Of a DNA stretch of 53,573 bases, positions 27,746-36,944 are shown piece by piece; positions within the stretch are counted from its first letter, which is position 1, and every line of letters begins with the position of its first letter. This DNA is from an uncultured Verrucomicrobiota bacterium (lineage in GTDB: Bacteria > Verrucomicrobiota > Verrucomicrobiia > Chthoniobacterales > SZAS-18). The notes under the pieces were generated by a model. It ran no database searches, was not told where the DNA came from, and saw only the letters and a program-made list of their open reading frames with translations. Location: the NCBI GenBank assembly GCA_937859745.1, contig CALMAQ010000348.1:1-53573 (forward strand). The letters are read 5' to 3'. A program made the position numbers and the translations under genes.

Positions 27746-28477
27746 ATGCCCCACACCCACTTCGTCCTCCAAGGAAAGGGAGGCGTTGGCAAATCGTTCG
27801 TCGCCAATCTGCTCGCTCAATCCTTCCTCGCCAAGGGCACGCCGGCGCTCTGCATCGACACCGACCCGGTCAACGGCACCCTCCACGCCTTCGCCTCGCT
27901 GGCGGTCCAACGGATCAACATCCTCGAGGGCGACGAAATCAACACCCGCCAGTTCGATACGCTCATCGAAAAGATCGCCCAGTCCAAGACGGACGTGATC
28001 GTGGACAACGGCGCGTCCTCGTTTGTCCCGCTCTCGCATTACCTCATCAGCAACGAGGTGGCGTCCATCCTCCAGGAACTCGGGCACACGGCCGTGGTCC
28101 ACACGGTCATCACGGGCGGCGAGATGCTCATGCCGACCCTCGCGGGATTCGCATTGCTGGTGACGCACTTTCCGGCTTCCGTCCCCTTCGTCGTCTGGCT
28201 CAACCCTTACCACGGCGTCATCGATTACGAGGGCAAGGGGTTCACGGACACCAAGGTCTACAAGGAGAACAAAGCACGCGTCGCCGGCATCGTGCAGATC
28301 CCCGACGTGAAGAAGGAAACCTTCGGCATCGACATCGAGAACATGCTCAAAGCCCGCCGCACCTTCGAGGAAGAACAGCAGGCCAAGGGTGTCGTGCTCA
28401 TGGCCAAGCAGCGGCTCAAGATTTTCGAGCGCAAAGCCTACGCGGCCATCGGCGCTGGGATGGGGGCACTGTCATGA
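27746..28477 (+). CDS. traL: TraL P-loop NTPase
   Basis: HFVLQGKGGVGKS, CIDTDPVN, VDNGASSFVPLSHYL and VHTVITGG. Confidence 0.93.
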   Translation: MPHTHFVLQGKGGVGKSFVANLLAQSFLAKGTPALCIDTDPVNGTLHAFASLAVQRINILEGDEINTRQFDTLIEKIAQSKTDVIVDNGASSFVPLSHYLISNEVASILQELGHTAVVHTVITGGEMLMPTLAGFALLVTHFPASVPFVVWLNPYHGVIDYEGKGFTDTKVYKENKARVAGIVQIPDVKKETFGIDIENMLKARRTFEEEQQAKGVVLMAKQRLKIFERKAYAAIGAGMGALS

Positions 28478-28932
28478 ACGGCAACGACGATGGCATTGAC
28501 GATTTGCTGGCCGAACTCGCCCGCAAACACAAGGTTGCCCTCGGGGCGGATGACCCGGTGGCGATGCTGCTCACGGTCAACCGCTTTCTCTTGCGCGAAA
28601 CGGCGGCCTCGCAGGACCAGCTTTTGCAGGGTTTCCGCGAGGCGATTGCCACGGCGTCGAGCGATTGGAACAAGCTCGCCAACAAGCGAACCGAAGCCAT
28701 CCTCAACTCCACGATCTTCGCCGCCAAGAACGCCGTCGCCGCCGGGGCGGAGGAAGGTGTGGCCGCCGGAGTACCGGCACTCATCCAGGCGACGGAAAGA
28801 GTTTCCGGGCGGATTGAGGGCCAACTCCGGCAAGTGTGGAGGCTGGTGGCCGTGGTCGCGGTGATGCTGGTCGTGCTGCTGCTGATCTTGGGTCTAACCT
28901 CCGCCGGCGTCGTGTTCCACTTGCACCCCTGA
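28474..28932 (+). CDS. traM: TraM
   Basis: IDDLLAELARKHKVALGADDPVAML, C-terminal TM segment, follows traL. Confidence 0.85.
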   Translation: MNGNDDGIDDLLAELARKHKVALGADDPVAMLLTVNRFLLRETAASQDQLLQGFREAIATASSDWNKLANKRTEAILNSTIFAAKNAVAAGAEEGVAAGVPALIQATERVSGRIEGQLRQVWRLVAVVAVMLVVLLLILGLTSAGVVFHLHP

Positions 28933-28973
28933 GGCGCGGGGGCTCAAACGCTGCCAAGCGAACCGTGCCTTCC

Positions 28974-30008
28974 TCATCCGTTGATGGCGCTTTCCGCTTC
29001 TTTGAGCGTCGCGATGATCTGCGCAAAAGCCGACGGCTCCTGAAAATACATGACCGCCATCCGCCGGTAGTCGTCTTCCAGCTCCTTGATCCGCGCATCC
29101 ACGGGGCAGAGCCGGAGCGTTCCCGGCCGCGCCAGTTCGTATTGCGCCCGCTTCGACGGGTAATACCGGGACTTGAAGGCGACCACGCGTGACAGCAGCT
29201 CGAACTGCGTGCGTGCCGGCAGGGCGGAGGGATGGTTCCAGAGCGCGGCGAAATCCGCGTAGTGGCGCGCCATCCGGTCGCGCAGCGGCAGGCCTTCCGG
29301 ACGATGGAATTCGGCGTGCAGGATCGTCGCCTTCTCCCAGAAGGTCCGCTCGACTTCTAGGGCCACCACCTCGCTGGAAAAATCCTCGAACGAACCGTCC
29401 GCGACGATCTCCGCGAGGAGGGGTGTCACGCGGTGCCGTCCGGCGGGGCGCTGGTCCGTGAGGGAGCCCAATTCCATCTTCACGCTTTGCTCGATGTAGC
29501 TGGCGCTCGCCTCCGGCGCGATGACCGCCGGGTAACGAAACCGGAGCACCGGCGATTTGGTGGCCGCTTCGAGTTCGTATTCCAGCCAACCGCCGCCGCC
29601 CCCCAAGCGGACGCCGAGAGCGGCGCGAATCGCGTCTTCGATCCACCGCCGGAATTCGTTTTGCACGTAGGCCGCGCATTTTGCCTCCACCTCTTCCAGG
29701 TGCCGGCGCGTCCGGCTGGCCGAGGCGTTGGCGGCGAGAAAAGATTCTTCGTAGCCCAGGAGCGGCAGACCGATGGACAGGTCGATGTCCTCGGAAAAGC
29801 GTCCGATGACCTTGAACACCTTCGAGAGCGAGGTGCCGCCCTTGAACACGAGGTCCCGGGCGAATTCGGGCCGGGAAAACAGCAGCCGCAAGGTCCAGCA
29901 CACCCAGAAATCCTTTTCCACGATCTGCGGGGCGACGTTGAGTCGGGCCGCCGTCTCCCGCACATAGATTTCCTGCTCGTTCGTCGGCAGGTCGGTGAAG
30001 CGGCTCAT
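28974..30008 (-). CDS. AbiEii/AbiGii nucleotidyltransferase toxin
   Basis: VEKDFWV, VFKGGTSLSK, RFSEDID, RTFWEKATILH and RHYAD. Confidence 0.92.
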   Translation of the reverse strand: MSRFTDLPTNEQEIYVRETAARLNVAPQIVEKDFWVCWTLRLLFSRPEFARDLVFKGGTSLSKVFKVIGRFSEDIDLSIGLPLLGYEESFLAANASASRTRRHLEEVEAKCAAYVQNEFRRWIEDAIRAALGVRLGGGGGWLEYELEAATKSPVLRFRYPAVIAPEASASYIEQSVKMELGSLTDQRPAGRHRVTPLLAEIVADGSFEDFSSEVVALEVERTFWEKATILHAEFHRPEGLPLRDRMARHYADFAALWNHPSALPARTQFELLSRVVAFKSRYYPSKRAQYELARPGTLRLCPVDARIKELEDDYRRMAVMYFQEPSAFAQIIATLKEAESAING

Positions 30009-30619
30009 CGGTCTTCCTCCTCCTTCCCCGAGGCAATCCGGCGCAGGTGCGGGTGCATCCAGGCCGGAGCGAGGCGCAGGTCTTTGATCAGGCGGCGGCC
30101 ATCGCTCCTTGAAAGCAGTTTCTGTAAACCCGACACCCGTTCCGGCGTCACGTTGCGTTGGCCGATTTCACGCAAGGCCGCGAACACGAGGCCGCTCATG
30201 CGCCCGGCGGCGGCCATTCCGCGTGGCGAGCGGTGTTGCAGCTCGATGGTGCGCTGGCCTTCCTTGATGGTCCTGGATGCCCCGTCCGTTTGGTAAACCA
30301 TCCGCGCGGGCACCTGTTCGGTGAGCTGTAACAGGTTAGCGGCCTGCGCGCCGGAGGGCTGGTAGCGGCTGCCGAACCGGCGCGAGGCAGCTTCCACGAT
30401 GGCCTCCGGCCGCGGCGAGAGCGTTCCCAGCACCGGATGGGTGCGCGGCAGTTCGTACAGGCCTCGGCCGATCCGGCGGATTTTGCCGGCGTTTTGCATC
30501 CGGCCAAGGATCATGCCCACGTTGTCCGTGGTGCCCAGGTCCAGGAAGTCAGCGCGGGAAAACACGGCTCCCGCGCCCATCTTATCGATCCGCCTGGAAA
30601 TCTTTTCTGAGGTTGTCAT
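30005..30619 (-). CDS. AbiEi-type (DUF6088-like) antitoxin
   Basis: VFSRADFLDLG...GKIRRIGRGLY...SGAQAANLLQLTEQVP...TDGASR; ATGA overlap with the toxin gene. Confidence 0.88.
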   Translation of the reverse strand: MTTSEKISRRIDKMGAGAVFSRADFLDLGTTDNVGMILGRMQNAGKIRRIGRGLYELPRTHPVLGTLSPRPEAIVEAASRRFGSRYQPSGAQAANLLQLTEQVPARMVYQTDGASRTIKEGQRTIELQHRSPRGMAAAGRMSGLVFAALREIGQRNVTPERVSGLQKLLSRSDGRRLIKDLRLAPAWMHPHLRRIASGKEEEDR

Positions 30620-30640
30620 TCGGATTCTGCCTGTAGGTTT

Positions 30641-30668
30641 GTTATAAATATACTCGTTTATTTATAAC
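30641..30668. promoter_or_regulatory. Perfect 10-bp inverted repeat upstream of the AbiE operon (probable autoregulatory operator)
   Basis: GTTATAAATA-N8-TATTTATAAC. Confidence 0.7.
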
Positions 30669-30818
30669 GGCAATCCTCTGGAGTTTGTCTGTCGGCCACC
30701 CCTTTGTGTTCCCGCTCGCTTGGGTTTGCGGCGGAACCGAAGGTCGAGAGTGAATCTGGCAGTGTGGTGCCAGCCACTTTTCCCACTCCGATGACTTTAT
30801 GCAAAGGTCCGCTACGGT

Positions 30819-31223
30819 GTGCAAAAGATGATTCCGAACTTCCACAAAGGGCCGTTGCTCGTTGGCTGTGTCTGGGGGCTTCTGACCGGGATCACGCCCT
30901 TCTTCCAATCCATCGATCCCACCGCCCGCTGGACGTTGGGCCTGGGCCTCGGTCTCTCCTACGCGAGCATCGGGCTCTTGGTGGCGGTCCTTCCCGACAT
31001 CGGCCACGGCCAAGGGCGCGGCTGGTTCCAGGGTGCCGTCGCCGGATTGCTCTACAGCGTACCCGGGGCGGTGTTCACCATGGTGCCTTACCCGTTGCGC
31101 GACGACGCGCCGCGGTACTGGCACGAGTTCGCCGCGGGCGGCACACGCGCGTTTTTGCTGACGCTGGCTTTCGGTGCGGTGGTCGGCGCGACCTGCGGGG
31201 CAGCGCGCAAGCGTCGCTTCTGA
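30819..31223 (+). CDS. Small integral membrane protein of unknown function
   Basis: About four Gly-rich hydrophobic segments and a basic C-terminal tail. Confidence 0.65.
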   Translation: MQKMIPNFHKGPLLVGCVWGLLTGITPFFQSIDPTARWTLGLGLGLSYASIGLLVAVLPDIGHGQGRGWFQGAVAGLLYSVPGAVFTMVPYPLRDDAPRYWHEFAAGGTRAFLLTLAFGAVVGATCGAARKRRF

Positions 31224-31244
31224 ATGGGGCTAGTGCCTGGGCGT

Positions 31245-31871
31245 TCAGGCTGCCTGAGCGAGGCTCCCCGACAACAGCCGCTCCAGGTCTGACGGGGACT
31301 GGAGATTGAAGCGGCGCAAAAACTCGCCCGTGGTCATCCACACGGTGCGACCGTTTTTCCCCGCCGTGCGGCAGTCCACCAATCCCAGGTGCTGCAAGCG
31401 CAGGACGACGGAGCGCTTGTCGGTGGAAAAATACCCATTGATCTCGACCATGGAGAGCGGCTGCTTGAACGCGATGCAGGCGAGCACCTCCAGGCCCGTG
31501 GTGCTCAGCGGCCCGTCCTCTTCCTCCTGTCCCTCCTGGCCGTTGGCACGTTCGGTTTTGATCTGTTCGGCCAGGACCGCGAAGTAGTTGCGCAGGGCGG
31601 GGGGACGCACCTCGGCGGTAGTGAGCCGCACGCCGCCGGCGCGCATGTCCAGGCGCAGACCCAGCTTTTCGAGCTTCTGGGTTGCCTTGAGCAGGACTTG
31701 CAACAACTCGAAGCTGCCCACGCTGGCCGCCGCGCGCACCGTGGCGTCCGGCTCCTGGACGAACAACTCGCGCAGCTTCTCGCGCAGGCCCTCGATGGAA
31801 AACTCCCGGCCCGAGACGAAGAGGATCTGCACGACGGCCCGCTCCAGAAACGTGTTTTCGCTCGGTGTCAT
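31245..31871 (-). CDS. scpB: ScpB-like (SMC-kleisin KITE) protein
   Basis: ILFVSGREFS...LSTTGLEVLACIAFKQPLSMVEI...TTGEFLRRFNLQSPSDL follows the ScpB pattern; ATG 31871 overlaps the recombinase stop. Confidence 0.8.
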   Translation of the reverse strand: MTPSENTFLERAVVQILFVSGREFSIEGLREKLRELFVQEPDATVRAAASVGSFELLQVLLKATQKLEKLGLRLDMRAGGVRLTTAEVRPPALRNYFAVLAEQIKTERANGQEGQEEEDGPLSTTGLEVLACIAFKQPLSMVEINGYFSTDKRSVVLRLQHLGLVDCRTAGKNGRTVWMTTGEFLRRFNLQSPSDLERLLSGSLAQAA

Positions 31872-32857
31872 GCCTGCTCCTCCAGGTCCGGCCTGCGGCT
31901 GCCTGCCATCATTCCACCACTCTTGCGAGGCGAGGGCAAGCTGCCGCCGAGCGCGTCGAGGGTCGAGCGCGTGTGCTCGTAGGCAACGTGGGTGTAGCGG
32001 GCCGTGGTCCGGATATCTTTGTGGCGAAGGACCTCCTGCACCTCGCGCAGGTTCTTGCCGTGGTCGTTGAGCAAGATGGTCGCCGCGCTGTGGCGCAGCC
32101 CGTGGGCGGTGAGGATGCAAGGCAACCGCAGATCCTTGCAGGCGAGGCGCAGATGATTGTTGAAGGAGCGATTGGTGTACGGCTCTCCGCCCGGTCCGGC
32201 GAACACGTATTCCGAGCGGCAGAACTTCAGCCCCCGCGCGGCGAAGACCTTCATGCCGCGGTGCTGGTCCTGGATCGTGCGCCACTGCGTCAACAACTCG
32301 CCCAAGGTGCCGGTGACAGGCAGGTTGTAGTGGCCGCCGCCTTTGCCGCGGATGCGAACTGCCACCGGACGCCCGACGGGGTCGAGCAGGCAGTCGCTCC
32401 AGCGCAGGTTGGCGATCTCGGAAAACCGTGCGCCGGTGAAAAACAGAGCATTGGCGAGATGAAAGGAGAGACTCTCACCGTAGGTGGCCTGCCGGTCGCC
32501 CAGGTGGCCGAGCAGGCGCGCGAGGTCGTGGGCCTGGAGGAAGTCGGCGGGCGGGGGAGGGGTACTTCGTGGCGGTTTGATGCGCGTGAACGGATTGGGC
32601 ACGTCCCAGTGATCGTAGGCGAACGCCAACGCCGCGCGTGCCTGCACCTGGCTGCTGGCGGCCGTGCGCCCCGAGGCGGCCACCATTTCGCGGTAGAACC
32701 GGGCAGCGTCCTCTTTCGTCAGCGCCAGCGGATCGAGCTGGTGCGCGCCGGTCCAGGCGAGGAGCCGCTGCCAGGCGCGCTGGTAGGCGTACCCCAAATT
32801 AGCTTCCAAATCCGCGTTTTTCCGCTCGGGGGGGGGGGCTGGGTTGGGGTTTTCCAC
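31868..32857 (-). CDS. XerC/D-like tyrosine recombinase
   Basis: TGARFSE (R), GKGG, AHGLRHSAAT (HxxR) and LRHKDIRTTARYTH (H, Y). Confidence 0.92.
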   Translation of the reverse strand: MENPNPAPPPERKNADLEANLGYAYQRAWQRLLAWTGAHQLDPLALTKEDAARFYREMVAASGRTAASSQVQARAALAFAYDHWDVPNPFTRIKPPRSTPPPPADFLQAHDLARLLGHLGDRQATYGESLSFHLANALFFTGARFSEIANLRWSDCLLDPVGRPVAVRIRGKGGGHYNLPVTGTLGELLTQWRTIQDQHRGMKVFAARGLKFCRSEYVFAGPGGEPYTNRSFNNHLRLACKDLRLPCILTAHGLRHSAATILLNDHGKNLREVQEVLRHKDIRTTARYTHVAYEHTRSTLDALGGSLPSPRKSGGMMAGSRRPDLEEQA

Positions 32858-33407
32858 GGAAAAGCTCGTTTTCGGAGCATCCTACAGAGGGGAAACGGAA
32901 TTTCCAATAATAATCCTTATTGCAAACATTTAAGATATGCGGGTGCAAGCCCGTTGTTATTGGGAATCCAGAATTTTTGTCGAAAATCACAACACTAAAG
33001 AGCGTCTGGAAAGTGGGTGTTGGTGGTTTTTGATCCCTCCGAGCAGGCGAGTCTGGTCAACAACGCCAAGTTTGGGGGACTGGGCCTCGGGCTGGCGATT
33101 GAAGGCCGTCATGGACATGCTGGGGGCACGACCCGGGCGCAGAGCGACGGCCCGGCCGCGGGCAATCTTCCAGGTCTCGTTGCAGGGGACGGAGCGTCTG
33201 CTGGGCGTGGCCAAGGGAGTTGGCAACAACGCTTCGTCGGCGCTCTGCGGCCAAGCCGGGGTGCATTGGACGCGGCCGAGTCGCTGCGGCTCCTGCTGGT
33301 GGAGGATCCGGACGCAAATGGACGAGGTGAATCGAGTGTCGCTTGAGTTTTTGGGTTCCTGATGAGATTGCGATGGAAAACGGAAGGCGACGCCAAGTCA
33401 ATGAGGC

Positions 33408-34100
33408 TCAAAGTTGCACCAATCCCCGCTTGGCACCTGCGGCCACGGCTGCGGTACGCGAGGTGACTCCGAGCTTGCGCATGAGACGTGTCAGGTGGCC
33501 TTTTACTGTCGCCTCACAGACAAACAAGGCGGTACCAATTTCCTTGTTCGAGCGACCCGCGGCAATCAGCTGGAGAATCTCCGATTCCCGCTCCGTCAGG
33601 TCCGGGTGGCTGACTCGCCGCATGAGCTTCTTGACCAAAGGCTGTGGCAGGGATTGTTCACCGGCGGCCACGGCGCGGATCGCCCCGAGGATCTCCTCAC
33701 GCGGGGCATCCTTGAGCAAGTATCCTTGCGCTCCACCTTGGAGGGCGCGGAAAATGTCCTCGTCACCGTCGTAGGTGGTGAAGATCAGCACGCGGGTGGC
33801 GATGCCGGCCGTGTTGGTGCGCAATTGGCGCAGGGTTTCCAACCCACCCATGCCGGGCATCCGCAGATCGAGCAGGATGACGTCAGGACACAGTTCGCGG
33901 TGCAAAGCAAGGGCTTGTTCCCCACGGCTGGCTTGGGCGACGACTTCCATGTCTGGTTGCAAGCCGATGATGAAGGCAAGACCCTCGCGCGTGGCGGGAT
34001 GATCGTCGGCGAGCATCACCCGCAAAGGCTCTGGCCGATCCGTCGCTTCAGGATTGGGCGCGGACGAAGCCCGGCGGGATCGGTGGGTAGTGACGTTCAT
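33408..34100 (-). CDS. NarL/FixJ-family response regulator (REC plus LuxR HTH)
   Basis: LADDH, LLDLRMP, GYLLK and LTERESEILQLIAAGRSNKEIG. Confidence 0.95.
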   Translation of the reverse strand: MNVTTHRSRRASSAPNPEATDRPEPLRVMLADDHPATREGLAFIIGLQPDMEVVAQASRGEQALALHRELCPDVILLDLRMPGMGGLETLRQLRTNTAGIATRVLIFTTYDGDEDIFRALQGGAQGYLLKDAPREEILGAIRAVAAGEQSLPQPLVKKLMRRVSHPDLTERESEILQLIAAGRSNKEIGTALFVCEATVKGHLTRLMRKLGVTSRTAAVAAGAKRGLVQL

Positions 34101-34133
34101 AGGAAAAATCAGGTACGACAGACCGGTCAGGCT

Positions 34134-36026
34134 TCACGGCGTTGAGCCAGCGTCAGCCGTGGGCACACGGGCCACGACGATCGTGCCATGCCGGGGTGCG
34201 TTGGACAAAAACAACTCACCGCCGAGCCGCGCGGCCCGCTCACGCATAAAGCATAGGCCGGCACCATCGGCGAGGCTATACCCGTCCATGCCCGGGCGTC
34301 GCGGCAGACCGCAGCCATTGTCAGCCACCCGCAGTTCGACGCGGCCGCTAAAATATTTCAGGGTGATGGTGATGCGGGTGGCGCGGGCGTGGCGAATGGC
34401 ATTACGCAACGCTTCCTGACCGATCCGTACCAGTTCACTCTCCATCTCGGGCGGCAGCGGCCGGACGGCTCCCACCAGCCGGAAGCTGGGGCGAGGTGCG
34501 GCGGCGGACATCACGATTTCTGCGCGCAGGGATTTGCTCAGCCGGGATAGCGTCGTCGGCAGATCCTCAAAGGTCGCTTCTTGCGGGGCGGGAGCACGCA
34601 GGGTCCACACGGAGCGTCGCGCTTCGGCGAGGCTGGAACGGGCCAACACCTTGATTTTTTCCAACATCGCCGGCAGTTGCGCCGGGGCTCGCCGGAGTGC
34701 CTCCGCGGCTCCCTCGGCATGAAGCAGCATTGAGGCGAATCCTTGGGCCAGCGTGTCATGGATTTCGCCGGCCAGGCGGTTGCGCTCCTGCAAAGCGGCG
34801 CTGGCGCGCTCCTGAGCGGCCTTTTCGCGTTCCAGGATGACCGCGCTCTCACGAGCCCGTTCTCCCAAGCGGGTGAGTTCCAAGGCGAGCACCAGTTGCC
34901 GGGACAAGATGGCCACGGTCTCCCGCTCCACCTCGCTGAACTCCCGGTCGTGGGTCAGCGACAGACAGAAAAAGCCGAGCACCTGGCCCAACAACACCAA
35001 CGGGAAGCGCCAGACCACCTGATGGCCGCGCGCGATGTGGTAGTCGTAAGCAATGCGACGGTGACGGCGCATGTCTTTTACCTTGATGATAGAATTCTCC
35101 CCGTGCGCCAGGCTGGAAAAAACGCCGTCCGGGTCGGCGGCGGAGATCTCCTCCAAACGGCCGAGGAATGGATCCGCTGCCACTGTGTCAGTCGAAAGTA
35201 CCGTGCCCTCCCAGGATGCCAACAGCCGGAAAGTGGTCGCGTTTCCAGGCACGCGCAAACTAACCGAACCCGCGTGGGCACCCACCAGCCTGACCGCCGC
35301 AGCCAGGATGGCTTCAACGAATGAACTGACGCGCTGATCGGCGGCCAGCCGCTCCGCGCCGCGCAGCAGTGTCTCGTCCGCCCGGCGCAACAAGGCGCAA
35401 CGCTCCTGGCCAGCGGCCAGTTGCCCGGCGAGTCGCTGACGCTGTACGGCCGCGCCGATCACGTTGGCCGCCGCCGTGAGCGCATCCACCTGCGGCGCTT
35501 CCCAACGCCGGGAGGGCATTGCGCCGTCTTCGAAGGCCAGACAGCCGGCGTAGCAGCCATCCACAAAAAAGGGTGCGCAGCCAATCGACCGGATGTCCAG
35601 ACGCTTGAGAATCCTCCGTAGGGGCGGGGTTGCTTCGTCGATGCACGTCCAGAAAAATTCGTTGCGATAAAGTGCCGCCAGCAAATCCGGCGTGGCTGCC
35701 GAAGGAATGACGCCCAAGCCGCACTTGGCGTGAGTGCGTACCCGCGGCGCGCACCACTCCAGCACCGCTTGGTGCTCGCACCGCCCCTGGTGCGTTGGGT
35801 CGGTTTCCTCGTATAGAAGGACGACCCGGCGCATACCTGCCGCCCTCCCTAATTGTCCCAGGATGGCGCGAGCGGAGACGTGGAACGAACGCGCTGCGGG
35901 CAGCGTTTTGGACGACACAGCCACGATCCGCCACAACCGCTCATTGAGATTGGATCGGGCAAACGTCCTGGTTCGCTTTTGTTCCGGCGCGGGGCAGCGC
36001 CTTTGAATTGGTAGGGTCGCGCTCAC
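34134..36026 (-). CDS. Cytoplasmic GAF-GAF sensor histidine kinase (HisKA_3/NarX type)
   Basis: ERNRLAGEIHDTLAQ, QEALRNAIRHA and VADNGCG; two GAF-like input regions; no TM segments. Confidence 0.9.
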   Translation of the reverse strand: MSATLPIQRRCPAPEQKRTRTFARSNLNERLWRIVAVSSKTLPAARSFHVSARAILGQLGRAAGMRRVVLLYEETDPTHQGRCEHQAVLEWCAPRVRTHAKCGLGVIPSAATPDLLAALYRNEFFWTCIDEATPPLRRILKRLDIRSIGCAPFFVDGCYAGCLAFEDGAMPSRRWEAPQVDALTAAANVIGAAVQRQRLAGQLAAGQERCALLRRADETLLRGAERLAADQRVSSFVEAILAAAVRLVGAHAGSVSLRVPGNATTFRLLASWEGTVLSTDTVAADPFLGRLEEISAADPDGVFSSLAHGENSIIKVKDMRRHRRIAYDYHIARGHQVVWRFPLVLLGQVLGFFCLSLTHDREFSEVERETVAILSRQLVLALELTRLGERARESAVILEREKAAQERASAALQERNRLAGEIHDTLAQGFASMLLHAEGAAEALRRAPAQLPAMLEKIKVLARSSLAEARRSVWTLRAPAPQEATFEDLPTTLSRLSKSLRAEIVMSAAAPRPSFRLVGAVRPLPPEMESELVRIGQEALRNAIRHARATRITITLKYFSGRVELRVADNGCGLPRRPGMDGYSLADGAGLCFMRERAARLGGELFLSNAPRHGTIVVARVPTADAGSTP

Positions 36027-36333
36027 GCGGAGAGGTACCTATCAAACGTCATACAAAATGTTTGCACTTCGCGGACACGACGGCCGGACGAGCCGCCTGA
36101 AGGCCGCGTCGCAAGAAAACACGACCAAAGTCGTGTGTCCAAGCGCCACTTTCGTCCCGGCAAAAAACAGACCAACGATGCTTAGTATCCGCAGGAGGTC
36201 GCGTGAATGGTTAGAGCTTCGCCCTTGGTCAACTTCTCTCTTTCCGTTCCAGGCGCTCGCATGCTTGGACAGAAAGATCGGACGAGGCGAGACCTGACCG
36301 AACCTTTTACTTGCACCCACCAACCACACCACG

Positions 36334-36903
36334 ATGCCCGAGAACCCTGATTTTGGCACCTTTGGACGCTACGTAGAAACCCCGGTGGACGAGATGCCCG
36401 CCGACATGAAGGAAGCATACGACTTCACCGTAAAACTGCGTGGGCAAGTGCCTGGCCCGCACAAGATCTGGGTCTGCAATCCGACGCTATCCAAAACGTT
36501 CGTTCCCGTAGGGGCCTACTACCAGAAGGAATCCACCCTGACGAAGGCGGAGATCGAGATCACCACCAATCTCATCAACGCCCGTTGGCTGGCCGCCTAC
36601 TCCAACTACGAGCACGAGAAGATCGGCGAGGAGCAGGGCCACCTGCCGCCCGAGAAGGTGCAGGCGCTCATCGCCGGGCTGCCGACCTCCTTCGACGATC
36701 CCCGCCAGCAAGTGGTCTACGAATTGGCGTCTGCTCTGGCTACCCCACGCGTGGTGCCGCTGGGGCTTTACCGGCGCGCCAAGGAATTGCTGGGCGACGC
36801 GGGCATCGTGGACGTGACCATGTTGATGGGCTGGTTCACCGGCGTGTCGCTGACCCTCATGGCCTTCGACGTGCCCTCCGACGCGATTGGCCTCAAGCAA
36901 TGA
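36334..36903 (+). CDS. Carboxymuconolactone decarboxylase/AhpD-like protein
   Basis: PGPHKIW...YSNYEHE...LGDAGIVDVTMLMGWF; no CxxC. Confidence 0.8.
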   Translation: MPENPDFGTFGRYVETPVDEMPADMKEAYDFTVKLRGQVPGPHKIWVCNPTLSKTFVPVGAYYQKESTLTKAEIEITTNLINARWLAAYSNYEHEKIGEEQGHLPPEKVQALIAGLPTSFDDPRQQVVYELASALATPRVVPLGLYRRAKELLGDAGIVDVTMLMGWFTGVSLTLMAFDVPSDAIGLKQ

Positions 36904-36944
36904 GCGGCGGGTAGAGGCCCATCATCATAAGCGGAGAAAACAAG

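Noticed and set aside
31245-31871. Wadjet/MksBEF or SMC-ScpAB system
   Set aside because: Only the ScpB-like gene is present; no kleisin, SMC ATPase or JetD in the window.
14582-32285. Long N-terminal extensions given by the ORF track for trbF, trbE, trbB, traF and scpB
   Set aside because: They overlap upstream genes and read as Arg/Pro-rich noise; internal starts, several with stop/start overlaps, fit better.
5101-33000. attL/attR direct repeats bracketing the region between the two recombinases
   Set aside because: I found only an 8-bp match (TTATTGCA at about 5131 and 32917) and no tRNA target, which is not enough to define ICE boundaries.
32937-33411. Several overlapping short ORFs between the recombinase and the response regulator
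   Set aside because: No motif, RBS or consistent frame to favour any of them.
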